Positions 14,101 through 29,100 of a stretch of DNA of 64,000 bases are shown here, one piece after another (the stretch's first letter is position 1; each line of letters begins with the position of its first letter). A model generated the notes under the pieces. The model worked only from the letters and a program-made list of their open reading frames with translations, was not told where the DNA came from and made no database searches. Source of the stretch: Scyliorhinus canicula (lineage: Eukaryota); NCBI RefSeq assembly GCF_902713615.1, contig NC_052157.1:113291524-113355523 (forward strand), in the 5' to 3' direction. The position numbers and the translations under genes are program-made.

Positions 14101-17100
14101 AGTTAAAATTGGTGAGTTGCTAAATGCACCCATATGCCCTTCAGCTGGTGGAGATAAGTGACACAAACACGGAACAAGTAACCTGCTGAGTCCCAGATAG
14201 TGTTGAACTGTTCTTCAAGCAGACCAGCGCTGAGTATTCCATTGCAATGCTCAATTGATCTTTATAGTCAAGAGGCATTGAGGCACCAGAAACAAGACAC
14301 TTCTCCAGAGTACCCAGCCTGACCTGCTCGTGTCAGCATATGGCTTGTTCAGTTACGCTGCTGGTCAATGGGGCCCCCTTTAAATTAATGGCGGGGGACT
14401 CGGCAACAGAAGTGGCAAGATCTTTTCTTGTAAGAGATAATCACAGTCTGAAACACGTGGATTAATATTATTTGTCACATGTCAACCTAAAATGAGATGT
14501 TTCCCAAGACCTCCTGCAGCCAGGTACGGGCTGCTTTGTAATTCAGCATAGAAATCTGGCTGAATCACATCCATGATCTTCCACAGTCAGGACCTTATTC
14601 CAAGGATGATTCATGAAGCACATCTAGGATGATCAGGTTCAGGAACTCCATCAGCAATGACCTGACCATCTACAATTATAAACAGCTTCCTGTGTTTACG
14701 TAGTTTAGCCACTGGCGTGTTCTCTTATTGCCCTCAATTTTGCTTGAGAACCATGGAAGCTCTACTTGCTCAGATACTGCCTTATGTTGTAGCCTGCATC
14801 ACCATTCTTGATTTTCAGGCATCCTGATTAATTAAAAAATAAGAACCGAGTCCATCACCCCACCAAGAAGGAAACTTTTAGCCTAACAGTACATGCTGTG
14901 AAGAGACTATTGTATTTAGACCAAAGTGGGCTGCAGAGTATTCTGAAAGAGGGTTAGTTTCCGGATGTCGGCATCATGGGCCTTTCTTGGAACCTTAAAT
15001 GATCCAAGGTTGCCACGCGGATAAAAAAAACTAAGAAACAAAGGATAATAAAAAGCTAATTGCAGTGAGGCAGCCAGTATTTTCTCCGATCGGCAGTTCT
15101 GAATCCGCCAAGAATGTATATAAAAAGAGAGAAAACAAGATCGGTTCTCTCCGAATTGACCCATTTTTTGGCAGTTCTATTTGGCAGTAAAAGATGCTGG
15201 TGTTGAAGCAGGTCTCGGAGAAGAGAGCACACACTAAGTTACTGAGTTTGTTATACAGTTCGAAAGAGCAGCAGGCCGAAGATCGGAAGGGGGACTGTCT
15301 GGATTGAACAAGACTCCAGTGTTACTATTCAATGCCACCAGAGCTGACTAGTTCATTTCGAGGCACTGGAGAAAGGAGTGTCCACAACTTCTGTGCCATC
15401 AGGAATGCCTTGGCCTGAGTGAAATGGTTCATTGACATGTACTTTGTCAATGTTAACTGTCTCCGAAGATTTCAGATGGTATGCAGTTGCGGGTGAATGC
15501 AACTTGAGGGCTGAAATGATTGAATGGGAATTGAGAGATCCTATGTAGCTGATGCAGAGTTAGAAAGATTGCGAGACTGCAGCAATGCATGGAAAAATGA
15601 GAGTACTTGCAACTACATTAGGCGTACCTTTGGCATTGACTACTTTAAAAAAAATTTAGAGTACCCAATTCATTTCTTCCAATTAAGGGGCAATTTAGCA
15701 TAGCCAATCCACCTAGCCTGCACAACTTTGGGTTGTGGGGGCGAAACCCATGCAAACATGGGGAGAATGTGCAAACTCCACACGGATAGTGACCCAGAGC
15801 CAGGATCGAACCTGGGACCTCGGCGCCGTGAGGCAGCAGTGCTATCCACTGAGCCACCGTGCTGCCCCCTTTGCATCGACTACTTGAACTGAGTTCTTTG
15901 TTTGAAACATCCTTTGCAAATGAATGCTTGAATCAGATGGATTGGTTTTGTAGGGATTCCTTTCTTTTAATAGTTGTCAGTCCCTGTGAGGTTGTAATAG
16001 TATATAACTGGAGTTGCCTTGCCGATCAAGCAACAAAAACAATGTATGCTCCAATTTCTTACGGTACCTGTTTTACATGGAATATTTGGGCACACATTAC
16101 CACCTACCTAAAAGGAAGCTACTATTGACAGTGTCAGAGTAAAGAGAAAGAATACAACTCTATTGCAATTGTCAACAATTACTCTGATCATTTTAGGGTA
16201 CGTTTCTCACGATTGATGCAGTGCCATAAAAGAAGAATATAGTTTTTTCCCCATATCAAAATCAATTCTTTGTTACGTATATAGATTACTCCCATTTTCT
16301 GCTGCCCAGGTTAAGTGAAAGGTAACTTACTGCAGCAGCAGCTATGGTTATTAACAACTGCATTGTCTCCACAAAGAGCTGTGCCATTTCCATTAAGCAG
16401 CTAGTCTCGCTGGAGCAGAGAGCAGAGGCAACAGAATCAAGTCAAAATGATCTTCCAAAGCAGAGAGTTTTCATTTTAATGTGTCTCCTTTGCTACTGGT
16501 AGAAAGTAGCCAGCAGTGAGCAGCCAAAGCTTACAGAACACTGCAGCATTGCATTAACTTACCAGTCCCAAAGTTCAAACTGGGAGTTCCAAAGTTGAAC
16601 CCTAGTGGAAAAAAAAGGTGACTGTCACCAGCAACAATTAATCATTAAAGTTTGCTTAAAACAAAATAATGCACTTACAAACACTGCATTCACATCATTT
16701 AAGGTAGACTCTCACTGGCCTCAACACATTTTTGAAGATTTGTCTAGTGATTCAGCTTTTTCCACAGGAGCTGGAACCAATAATCGCTGGAGAGCAATAC
16801 AAGAACTTCCATAATCTGCAATGATTCATGAATGCTTTGACTAACTCTGGCTGGAAAATATATTTGGATATTACAGGAGGATGGGGTCAGCTTTAGCTAT
16901 GTTCTTTACAAATTGCTTTCCCCTTTGGATAAAATCCCTGAGTTCAATCCCTTAAACCACGCCATTGACAACGTAAATATCAATAAGTTGATTCATAATA
17001 AGTCAAACCACTGCAATTTTATTAATTTACGCTCTCGTTCTGTAGTAATTAAGCAAATTCCACATTGCCATTTTAAGACCTCTAACCATCACTTTTCCCA

Positions 17101-20100
17101 TACGTACAATAATTGATTGAGCAAACACGTACCAAATAAACTCAATTATGTTTATATCTTCTCCACTGGCCAAGGTCAGATTTTAAATGGGAAAATTTCA
17201 ATCGTTCAAACAGGGATTTTTCAACTTTATCCAATCGTTAAAGCAATAAATTACAAATTATATTAACTCTACCATGTAGCTTCTGGACTATGAACACTGC
17301 TTTTCATTTTGATATTGTAGCGTATCAGTACTGCTCCCACACAATGGCAATTAGCAGGAACGAACTCTCGGCTGCATGAATCTAAACTCAGAATCAGAAA
17401 TCACAGTGCAGAATAAAGCAGTTTGAGCCTGCATGCCGATTAGAACACTTCCATTTGGCTTATCAAGTCTAATGCCATTTCCCTGTCCCCTTCCCTGTAA
17501 CGTCTGAAAATCTGTGGCCCACGTGAAGAAAATCAGCCAGGGTTTTAGCTTATAACTGTCCAGTACTCCTTACTTTGACAAAGTCATCCACACTTGAAAC
17601 GTTAGCTCCCTTCTCTCTCCACAAATACGGTCAGACCTGCTGATAGTCCAATATTTTTTGTTCCTGTTTTTCCCCCCCCCAGATTCCAGTATCCGCAGTA
17701 ATTTGCTTTTAACTCCTTACTGGATATTGATCAACAACGGGATGGGCTGTCATGCCGTCTGCAATTGAACCTAAGGGGTGATGAGGTACCCAGTCGTGAA
17801 TCTTTTTAGCTCTTTCATTAAGAATTGCAACAACTGACAATCGACTGGAGGATATTGGTAGAGCTTTTAGAAAGAGATCTCTGCGAAGACCATCGCTATT
17901 CTTCTCACACAAAGAACAGTCATGAAGACAAAATGCCGAGGGAATTGTGCTTCAATGGGAGTCAGCATCCTCAGAAGAGGAACGTGAAGAAACACAATTA
18001 TACAAAGATTTATCTTCTAATGCAGTGAAAAGGACACTTATTCACTGGAATTAAATCTATCAGGGGTAAATTTGATGATTTGTGCAATAAGAGTTAACAA
18101 GATCCAACATCAGTTTGCATGACAACGATCATGTCTGACCAATGTCCATGACCTTTTGAGTCAGGGACCTCTCACATGAACTGAGGAAATCCTGAGTGTA
18201 CCTGGATTTTAAAAATTCATTTTACAATGTTCCACCCAATTAGCTACTGATTAAGCTCAAAGTGAAAGGACTGAATAAACTGTGAATGAATAAGAAATAG
18301 GTTAAAGGGCAGCACGGTGGCCCAGTGGTTAGCACAACCGCCTCACGGCGCTGAGGTCCCAGGTTCGATCCCGGCTCTGGGTCACTGTCCGTGTGGAGTT
18401 TGCACATTCTCCCCGTGTCTGCGTGGGCTTCGCCCCCACAACCCAAAAATGTGCAGAGTAGGTAGATTGGCCACGCTAAATTGCCCCTTAATTGGAAAAA
18501 ATAATTGGGTAATCTAAATTTATTAAAAAAAAGAAATAGGTTAAAGAGGGAAAGACCACAGTTAATTGTTTCAGGAGTCATGGCAGGGATGCATTTTAGT
18601 TACTATTGTGGGTGATATAAAAATTAAGTGGATGGACAATTCTGAGGAGATGGTTTGGGAAATGCAAAATTAGACAAAAGGATGTAACGGGTTGAAAGAA
18701 AAGGACGATTAAATTCATTGACTTTTAAAAAATAAATAAGAGTAAACAATTATTCCCCCCCCCCCCCAAATTAAGGGGTAATTTAGCGTCGCCACTCCAC
18801 CTAACCTGCACATCTTTGGGTTGTGGGGGTGAAACCCACGCAGACACGGGGAGAATGTGCAAACTCCACACGGACAGTGACCCAGGACCGGGATTCGAAT
18901 CTGGGTCCTCAGTGCTATCTGCTGCGCTGCATGCCGTCCTGATTAAATTCGTCAATGAGTAAAAAGCACTGCATGAAGAAGTGTGTAACGTCGACTCCAT
19001 CAATAGTGTTGAAATAGCCACGGATAAAGTTGAAAAATACCACTAAACAGTAGCATTGAAATAGAACAAATGAATTCTGAACTGTACAGCCAAAACAGCA
19101 TGAGAACAAGTTAGAAGAAATCATGCTCACATTAATTCTGGGAAAAGTCATAAAATATGCTTTTAATTGTTGATGGCTGAAAGGGTCAAAAATCATACAG
19201 GTTTAAATAAACCCAACAGGATCATTTGAGCTGCTGCTTGCCAGCTGGCAAATTCTTAAAGATCAAAACAAGTAATATGAAAATTACAGCAACAGATATG
19301 CATCCAAGGACCCCTTATTATATTAATTACAGCAAGGATATAGTCACACAGCTTACACCCCAAAATTCAATCAATCATTATGCAGCTGCCGCCCTTGTGT
19401 GCCTTACATGAACACTGGATAAGGGGAGGGGGTATGGGTACCACAGCTCAGGCATACTGAGGCTCAATCTACTCATTCAGACAGACAAGCGAGATGCTCT
19501 GGCAATATTTCAAAGAGGAGCAAAGAATGCACCTGTCGCCCTGGCCAACAACCATCTTATGAACAGTACAAAATCAAATTAACTGGTTATTCAACTCTTT
19601 GTTTTTGTGGAATCTTCTTATGCACAAGTTGGCTGCCAGATTTGCTTGCATAATGACAATGACTATATTTCAAAAATCCTTGGATTCACTCGAGGACATT
19701 TTGAACACATAGCAATTGCTATGGAGTCACACAACAGAAGAATCCAATACCTTTACAAAAAGAAATGGCAGAAAACTTGCAAAAGTACTGTAAGTCTGCC
19801 ATGAAGACATCATCAATCTAGTTTCTATTGTGAACACACTAGACATCAAAACACACAATGCAAAGAATGAGAAATTCTCACTGGTGAAATGAGATTTCTG
19901 GTCTCAGACTCTGTCATGTGGCTAACATTAATCTGCATCATGCCAACAATGGTAATGAATCCAAAAAACCCTGCAGAGCAGGAGACTATTCGGCCCATCA
20001 AGTCTGCACTGACCCTATAAAAGAACACTCCCCCTTCCCCCCCCTTCCCTATCTCCGTAATGCCATGCATTGATCATGGCCACCCAACCTGCATATCTAT

Positions 20101-23100
20101 GGACTGGGGAAGGAAACGAGTCCCCAGAGGAAACCCGCGCAGACACGGGGAGAAAGTGCAAACTCCACATAGTCACCCAACGCCGGAATCAAACCCAGGT
20201 CCCTGGCTCTGTGAGGCAGCAGTGCTAACCACTGTGCCACCCAGGGCATTATACCAGTGCTGCCCAAAAGCAGAAGAAATTTCCAAAGCCTAGCACAGGT
20301 TCTCCCCCATATAAAGGAACACAAAACACCAAAAGAGCAATGCAGCAAGGCAAGTTAAATTTAATTAAGTCAGACCATTGTAAGAAAGCATTATGATGAG
20401 AGGTATAAACCAATTTGAAGAGCCCGGCTGCAAATTCCACCAATCTTATCAAAGTAATATCAGAATTCAAGTAACTAGAAACAACACAGGCCACACTAAC
20501 TTCTGACCAGAATAAAAACACGCGTGCAGCAAACCCGGACAACTTTTTAAATGCCAGAAGGTTAGGAATAAAGCTTCACTCACCTCTAAAGGCAGGTTTA
20601 TTCTCAACTGTGTTTGTAGCTCCAAAGTTGAACTGTGGAGTGCTCTGGTTCTGCTGGCCCTGGTTAGTCAATGGCGAACCAAACATATTTTGAGATGATG
20701 CCGTCGAGGTGGAAGTGGCAAATGGGACGGAAGGGTTTGAAGAGCAAAATCCACTCTGGCCTGAACCGAAGAAGCCAGCTGTAGCCATATTTTGATTTGG
20801 CGCAGCAATAGTGAAACCGCTGGTTGTTACAACTGGCTGGTTTGATGAACCAAAGCCAACCACCTGCGAAGAGCCAAAGATCGACCCAGTTGTACCACCG
20901 CCTGAACTCTTGGCAGCGTTGAATATTGGAGCAGTAGTGGAAGAGATGGTTGTGCCAAATGAGAAAGCACCAGAGGTGCTGCCAAATGATTGTTGCGTAG
21001 AAGTTGATCCAAATCCAGTCTGAGTCGTAGCACCTCCGAATACTGGCTGGCTGGGGGTTCCAAACGTAGACTGTGAAGTGGTGCTCGGAAAAGCTGACTT
21101 GACAGTAGAAGTCCCAAAGTTGAAGGGAGTAACAGCATTGCCAAAGGCAGGAGTTTTACTTGGAGTTTGTTGCGTTGCTACAGCATTAGTTCCAAATGTT
21201 GATTTACTGCCTGAACCTCCAAAGTTCAGCTGGGTAGTCGGACCTCCGAAAGGTGGCGTGCTTGTCGCATTACCAAACAGGGAGGTTTTTGTCGAGTTTC
21301 CAAATGCGAGGGGAAGCTGGCCACTTGAAGTGGTAGACGGTGTTGATGCCGGAGTGCCAAAACTCCCAAATAAATTTGAAGATGATGCAATGCTCGTTGT
21401 TGCCTGGCTTGTAACCACTGTTGCCTGTCCAAAGGCAGCTAGTGGGCCAGCTGATGTTGCAACTATATCTGCAGGGCCCTTCCCAAATTGGAACACAGCA
21501 CTGGGTGCAGCAGTGGTGGCTGTTGAAGGGTTTGAACCAAACTGAAACAGTTGCTGGGCTGAAAGGCTGTTGTTTGCATTAGGTGCTGTACTCGGTTTTG
21601 AAGAAACAGCAACATTTAAACCAAAACTAAATGGAGCTTTTGAGCTCTTGGCTTCTGAATCAATGTTTGAACTTGCCAATGTAGTGGAGGCTGCAAATGG
21701 GAACAGATTTGAACTTGACTTTGACGAAGTTGTGAGAACAGTAGTTTCAATGCCAACTGCAGCTTGAGTTGACTGACCAAACGTGAATGGTGCGGACGTG
21801 GTGGTTGAAGTTGTCTGTTTCGGAGAGTTCCCAAACACTGGTTTGAATGCAACCGTTGAGGTAGCGGGATTTGATGTGATTGATGCCACCAAGGTTGTGG
21901 GTGTAGTAACTGGCATTGCCAAGCTCAATGCCGGCAAGACTATGCTGGTCTGGTTTGCCACTGGCAGACCAAACACTGGTTTAAACCCAGGTGTGCTGGC
22001 AGATGAAGGAGCTGGGGCACCAATGGCTGCTGGCATCGCAGTCACTGTGCTAGGCAGGCTAAAACTTGTGCTCGGAGGTGCAGAACTCCCAATATGTGCA
22101 GCTACACTCATTTCAGGTCCTTTGCTAACTTTACTTTCCTGTGCACTAACCAGAGCAGAAATCTGGCAGGAGTTAGTGGTGGTGGTGATGGCTTTGGTGG
22201 CAAGCTTATTGATTGGAGTTGTAAGTGGCTGGTTAATTGAGGGACATGAAAAGTTCAAAACATCAATTGGCTTAAATCCTGCAACATCAGTTTTCATCGT
22301 CGTAGTAACAGTAGTAGTGGAAGGAGAAAATAAATCACTCTTAAAAGTGTTAACGGAAGGCTCCAACGCTTTAACCATGTTGCTTGAAGTCACTCCATCA
22401 ACAGAATCTGGGAAGGGAAAGAAAGGTAAGATAACAAGCCACATCAGCAATCAAGGGTTTAAAACCCCAAAAGAATGCTCTGCAACTCTTTGGTCACCAA
22501 CATGAACTCTCCCCTCGACATACCGGTAAGCATTTTGATACATTCTGTTTTCACAGACAGCTCAAAATAAAACTTTAAAAGCTATCCTCTTCTATGAATC
22601 CTCTATGTTATTGCCTCAAATACACACTTAGGCAGCGAGTCAACTGCAGGAGACCCAGATCTGTAACAAATCCTAAATGCAGAACTCATTCTTGTGGCAG
22701 AATTGCTTCAAAGACTGATGGTTAGAAGTAATAATAGGTAATTTAATAGGATCTAATTATTTTGGGGTTGTCAGTTATGTAAAGTCGCAGGCCAACACAT
22801 TACAGTAGGAATAGGTAGCAAATTATAGTTCACTGACCACAATACTGAACTCAGCACCCACCCCTGCAATAATAATCCACAGTATATAGTTGCGTTAATA
22901 TGGTAAAACATCTTTGGATGCTCAATAAGAGCATTATTAAATAAAAGCCACATTAGGACAAGTGTCTGAAAATTTGCTCAATGTTACAACATAGGCGGTG
23001 GCCATTCAGCCCTTCGTGTCCTTTCTATTCACCACTCTTTCCCAAGAGCCTGGCAAATCTTTTCCCTTCAAATTAATACAATCCTTTTTCAAAGTTACTA

Positions 23101-26100
23101 TTGCATCTGCTTCGCTTTCAGGCAGTATATTTGGACGTTAACTCACTGTGTAAAATAAAATGCTTCACCTTTGGTTCTTTCGACATTTATCTTAAATCTG
23201 TGCCTTCTGGTTACCAACCCTTCTGCCACTGAAAACAATTTCTCCTCATACACGCCACTTAAATAACTCATGAATATCCTCATCAAATCTCCATTTAACT
23301 TGTGTTGCTCCAAGAAGAACAACTCCAGATTCTCTCATCTCACCATGTAACTGAGGTCCCTCATCCCTGCTATGATTCCAATAAACCTCCCCTGAAACCT
23401 CCTCAAGGGGAGGCAATTTATTTCAACGTGTAGTGCTTAGAATTGTACATAATTCTCCAGCTGAGGCCTCACCAGTGGTTGATAAGGTTCAGCCTAACTT
23501 CCTTGTTTTGTGCTTCATGTCTGTATTTAAAAAGCCAAGGATCCCATGTTTTTTTTTGGCTTTCTCAACTTGGTCTACGACCAAAGATTTGTGTACATTC
23601 ACAGGTCTCTCCATTCCTTTTTCTCCCTCAAAATTGTACAATTCACTTATATTCCAGCTTCTCATTCTTCCGAACAAATTATTTCATTTCAGAATTCTGT
23701 TAGATTTCATCTGGCATAGAACATAGAATTTACAGTGCAGAAGGAGGCCATTCGGTCCATCGAGTCTGCACCAGCCCTTACAAGGAGCACCCTTCTCAAG
23801 CCCACGTATCTACCCTATCCCCGTAACCTCCACTTAACCTTTTTGGACACGAAGGGCAATTTAGCATGGCCAATCCACCTAACCCGCACATCTTTGGACT
23901 GTGGGAGGAAACTGGAGCACCCGGAGGAAACCCACGCAGACACAGGGAGAACGTGCAGAACGTGCAGACAGCTGGTTTGTGATGCAGAACAAGGCCAGCA
24001 GCGCGGGTTCAATTTCCGTACCAGCTGAGAATTCTGAATTCTCCCTCCATGTATCCGAACAGGCGCCGGAATAGGGCGACTAGGGGCTTTTCATAGTAAC
24101 TTCATTGCAGTGTTAATGTCAGCCTACTTGTGACAATACAGGATATTTATCTTTTTATTTGAACTACATTATTGAGTATCACATCATCAAAGATTTCACA
24201 TTTATGCCCAGTTTGTCCAGCAAATCTCAAAAAGAGCACTGGTTCCAATACTAGCCCCTGGGGCACACCAGTGTATAGCTCTCTCCAGCCTGCAAAATAT
24301 CCATGTACCATTATGATCATAGAATTTACAGTGCAGAAGGAGGCCATTCGGCCCATCGAGTCTGCACCAGCCCTTGGAAAGTGCACCCTACCTAAGTCCA
24401 CACCTATCTCCGTAACCCCAACCATTTTTTTGAAAACTAAGGGCAATTTAGCATGGGCCTGCTGCCCCCCCCCCCCCCCCCCCCCCCCCCTTAGCCAAGA
24501 TTATATCTGTACTGCGGATGTTCCTTTAATCCCATGGACTATATTCTTGCTATCAAAATGCCTTTTAAAGGATGAAAAAGGAAAGCACCGAGTGAATGGA
24601 GTATTTCTTTCCAATTCAGGAGCCTGTTAAAGGACAATCAAACTTTTAGTGAGTAGTCAAAGCAACACTTCTTGCTAAGCCTTTGAATATAGTAACTCGA
24701 ATCTAAGTTTGCAAGGGGGAGATGGTCCGTCCAACACAATCAGGATGCTAACAGAAAAAAACAAATGAGATCTATTTGATGATCAGTAAACGTAAAGTGC
24801 AAATATAATCGGAAGGGGAAGACATGAACGACAACTTTTTAAAAAAATTTAGAGTACCCAATTATTTTTTTTTCCCAATTAAGGGGCAATTTAGCGTGAA
24901 CAAGCCACCTAACCTGCACATCTTTGGGTTGTGTGGGTGAAACACACGCAGACAGGGGGTGAATGTGCAACTCTACACGGACAGTGACCCAGGGCCAGGA
25001 TTCTAACCCGGGTCCTCAGCGCCGGAGGCAGCAATGCTAACCATTGTGCCACGTACCGCCCCATACGACAATTTTTTAACGTCTCCTGAAGAAAATGTTC
25101 AGCGTGGCGGCGGTTTGGTGATGAAAATGTCCATAGCACAATGTCCCATATCCAACACCTGGTTTCAGCTTCAAGCAGTTCGAGGTCAGTTTGGGGATTA
25201 TTTGGCAAAATGCAAAACAATAACTCCACCATTCTGCCCCAACCACAAACTCAGATGAGCATCCACAATTGAAGCAGAACATTTTCTCATAACAAACAGG
25301 TTATGACACCTCTGCCAGAGATCTCTATTCAAAATTAAAATATGTTTTGCTTTAGGCTCGTGTCCATTAAGAACTGGAATAATGTTAGGAAAAGAAAGGC
25401 ATTTTGAAGGGATTGATCATTTGTATTGGTGACCATAAGAAATAAGGAATCTGTAACCAATCATTATTTGTCAATGCACTTTGTCGATTATTCTTTTGTC
25501 TACTGTATATGAACTGTGTATGTTCCCTTCTCCGCAGAAAAATACTTTTTAAAAAAAATTTAGAGTACCCAATTCATTTTTTCCAATTAAGGGGCAATTT
25601 AGTGTCGCCAATCCACCTACACTGCACCTACCATGCAAACACGGGGAGAATGTACAAACGCCACAAGGACAGTGACCCAGAGCCGGGATCGAACCTGGGA
25701 CCTCAGCGCCGTGAGGCAGCAAAGATAAGAAAAATACTTTTCGCTGTACTTCAGTGCATGTGGCAATAAATAAATCAATCAATAAGATATTGTGTTAAGT
25801 GTTTTTAATTGAATGTTTCTGTACCTGGAAGGTTAGAAGTTAGTTTCATGCTGGGCAACAGTGTTTGTATGTATGGGGGTTGGTTTAAGTTCCAACTGTA
25901 TTGTGCTCAGAGAGAGCTGTGGTGTGAAGAATAAAAGGCATAAGCATATGGGTGCGGCTTAGAACAAAGAACAAAATAGCACAGGAACAGGCTCTTTGGC
26001 CCTCCAACCCTGCGCCGACCATGGTACCTGCCTAAACTAAAACCGCATGCACTTATGGAGTCCATATCCTTCCATTCCCACCCTATTCATATATTTGTCT

Positions 26101-29100
26101 AGATGCCCCTTAAATGCAGCTTTTGTACCTGTTCCCTCCTCCCCAGGCAGTGCGTTTCATATATTTACCACCCTCTATGTAAAACATTTGCCAGCACATC
26201 AGTTCTAAACTTTTCCCCATGCACTTTAAACCAATGTCTCCTGGTACTTGACTCTCCTACCCTAAGAAGGGATCATCTTTTACTAAAAGAAAAGCCATAC
26301 CATGGAGTAATGGTTAAGAAAACAAGTGCAAAGATCTGAAGAGCAGCTGATCAAGGAAATGAGAGAAATAAAGAAAGGTTTCTAAAACGTCTGAGGTTAA
26401 GGGTACGAGAACAGAGCACTGGTCAGTGAAGACAGACCAAGCATGAAGAAGGCTGAGATGCCAAAACGTTTTCTGAAAATGAAAATCGCTTATTGTCACG
26501 AGTCGGCTTCAATGAAGTCAGAGAAGGGGGCAAAAGAGGGGGAGGTGTGGCGCTGCTAGTCAAGGACAGTATTACGGTGGTAGAAAGGATGCAAGATGGG
26601 GACTCTTCTTCCGAGGTAGTATGGGCTGAGGTTCGAAACAGGAAAGGAGAGGTCACCCTGTTGGGAGTTTTCTATAGGCCACCTAATAGTTCTAGAGATG
26701 TAGAGGAAAGGATGGCGAAGATGATTCTGGAAAAGAGCGAAAGTAACAGGGTAGTTGTTATGGGAGACTTTAACTTTCCTAATATTGACTGGAAAAGATA
26801 TAATTCGAGTACATTGGATGGGTCGTTCTTTGTACAATGTGTGCAGGAGGGTTTTCTGACACAATATGTTGACAGGCCAACAAGAGGTGAGGCCACTTTG
26901 GATTTGGTTTTGGGTAATGAACCAGGCCAGGTGTTAGATCTGGAGGTAGGTGAACACTTTGGAGACAGTGACCACAATTCGGTGACCTTTACGTTAGTGA
27001 TGGAAAGGGATAAGTATACCCCGCAGAGCAAGAGTTATAGCTGGGGGAAGGGCAATTATGATGCCATTAGACATGACTTAGGATGTGTTGGTTGGAGAAG
27101 TAGGCTGCAAGGGTTGGGCACACTGGATATGTGGAGCTTGTTCAAGGAACAGCTATTGCATGTTCTTGATAAGTACGTACCAGTCAGGCAGGGAGGAAGG
27201 GGTCGAGCGAGGGAACCGTGGTTTACCAAAGAAGTGGAATCTCTTGTTAAGAGGAAGAAGGAGGCCTATGTGAAGATGAGGCGTGAAGTTTCAGTTGGGG
27301 CGCTTGATAGTTACAAGGAAGCAAGGAAGGATCTAAAGAGAGAGCTGAGACGAGCAAGGAGGGGACATGAGAAGTCTTTGGCAGGTAGGATCAAGGAAAA
27401 CCCAAAAGCTTTCTATAGGTATGTCAGGAATAAAAGAATGACTAGGGTAAGAGTAGGGCCAGTCAAGGACAGTGGTGGGAAGTTGTGTGTGGAGGCTGAG
27501 GAGATAAGCGAGATACTAAATGAATACTTTTCGTCAGTATTCACTCAAGAAAAAGATAATATTGTGGAGGAGAATGCTGAGACCCAGGCTATTAGAATAG
27601 ATGGCATTGAGGTGCGTAGGGAAGAAGTGTTGGCAATTCTGGACAAGGTGAAAATAGATAAGTCCCCGGGGCCGGATGGGATTTATCCTAGGATTCTCTG
27701 GGAAGCCAGGGAAGAGATTGCTGAGCCTTTGGCTTTGATTTTTAGGTCATCATTGGCTACAGGAATAGTGCCAGAGGACTGGAGGATAGCAAATGTGGTC
27801 CCTTTGTTCAAGAAGGGGAGTAGAGATAACCCCGGTAACTATAGGCCGGTGAGCCTAACGTCTGTGGTGGGTAAAGTCTTGGAGAGGATTATAAAAGATA
27901 CGATTTATAATCATCTAGATAGGAATAATATGATTAGGGATAGTCAGCATGGTTTTGTGAAGGGTAGGTCATGCCTCACAAACCTTATCGAGTTCTTTGA
28001 GAAGGTGACTGAACAGGTAGACGAGGGTAGAGCAGTTGATGTGGTGTATATGGATTTCAGTAAAGCGTTTGATAAGGTTCCCCACGGTCGGCTATTGCAG
28101 AAAATACGGAGGCTGGGGATTGAGGGTGATTTAGAGATGTGGATCAGAAATTGGCTAGTTGAAAGAAGACAGAGAGTGGTAGTTGATGGGAAATGTTCAG
28201 AATGGAGTTCAGTTACGAGTGGCGTACCACAAGGATCTGTTCTGGGGCCGTTGCTGTTTGTCATTTTTATAAATGACCTAGAGGAGGGCGCAGAAGGATG
28301 GGTGAGTAAATTTGCAGACGACACTAAAGTCGGTGGAGTTGTAGACAGTGCGGAAGGATGTTGCAGGTTACAGAGGGACATAGATAAGCTGCAGAGCTGG
28401 GCTGAGACGTGGCAAATGGAGTTTAATGTGGAGAAGTGTGAGGTGATTCACTTTGGAAAGAATAACATGAATGCGGAATATTTGGCTAATGGTAAAATTC
28501 TTGGTAGTGTGGATGAGCAGAGGGATCTCGGTGTCCATGTACATAGATCCCTGAAAGTTGCCACCCAGGTTGATAGGGTTGTGAAGAAGGCCTATGGTGT
28601 GTTGGCCTTTATTGGTAGAGGGATTGAGTTCCGGAGCCATGAGGTCATGATGCAGCTGTACCAAACTCTGGTACGGCCGCATTTGGAGTATTGCGTACAG
28701 TTCTGGTCGCCTCATTATAGGAAGGACGTGGAAGCTTTGGAACGGGTGCAGAGGAGATTTACCAGGATGTTGCCTGGTATGGAGGGAAAATCTTATGAGG
28801 AAAGGCTAATGGACTTGAGGTTGTTTTCGTTAGAGAGAAGAAGGTTAAGAGGTGACTTAATAGAGGCATACAAAATGATCAGAGGGTTAGATAGGGTGGA
28901 CAGCGAGAGCCTTCTCCCGCGGATGGAGGTGGCTAGCACGAGGGGACATAGCCTTAAATTGAGGGGTAATAGATATAGGACAGAGGTCAGAGGTGGGTTT
29001 TTTACGCAAAGAGTGGTGAGGCCGTGGAATGCCCTACCTGCAACAGTAGTGAACTCGCCAACATTGAGGGCATTTAAAAATTTATTGGATAAGCATATGG

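Noticed and set aside
20576-22450. Treating the 624-aa ORF as a single-exon gene, or as NUP153/NUP214/NUP98
   Set aside because: It is bounded by strong splice sites. The flanking exons carry POM121-specific motifs, and there are no RanBP2-type zinc fingers or GLFG repeats.
20811-22505. Plus-strand ORFs of 70-240 aa opposite the large exon
   Set aside because: They are antisense shadows of the low-complexity S/T/A/G-rich POM121 exon, with no independent motifs or splice structure.
26493-26518. Start of the 875-aa ORF as a genuine initiation site or a domesticated RT gene
   Set aside because: The first codons (TTG start) come from the interrupted SINE. The CR1 is simply 5'-truncated within the endonuclease domain.
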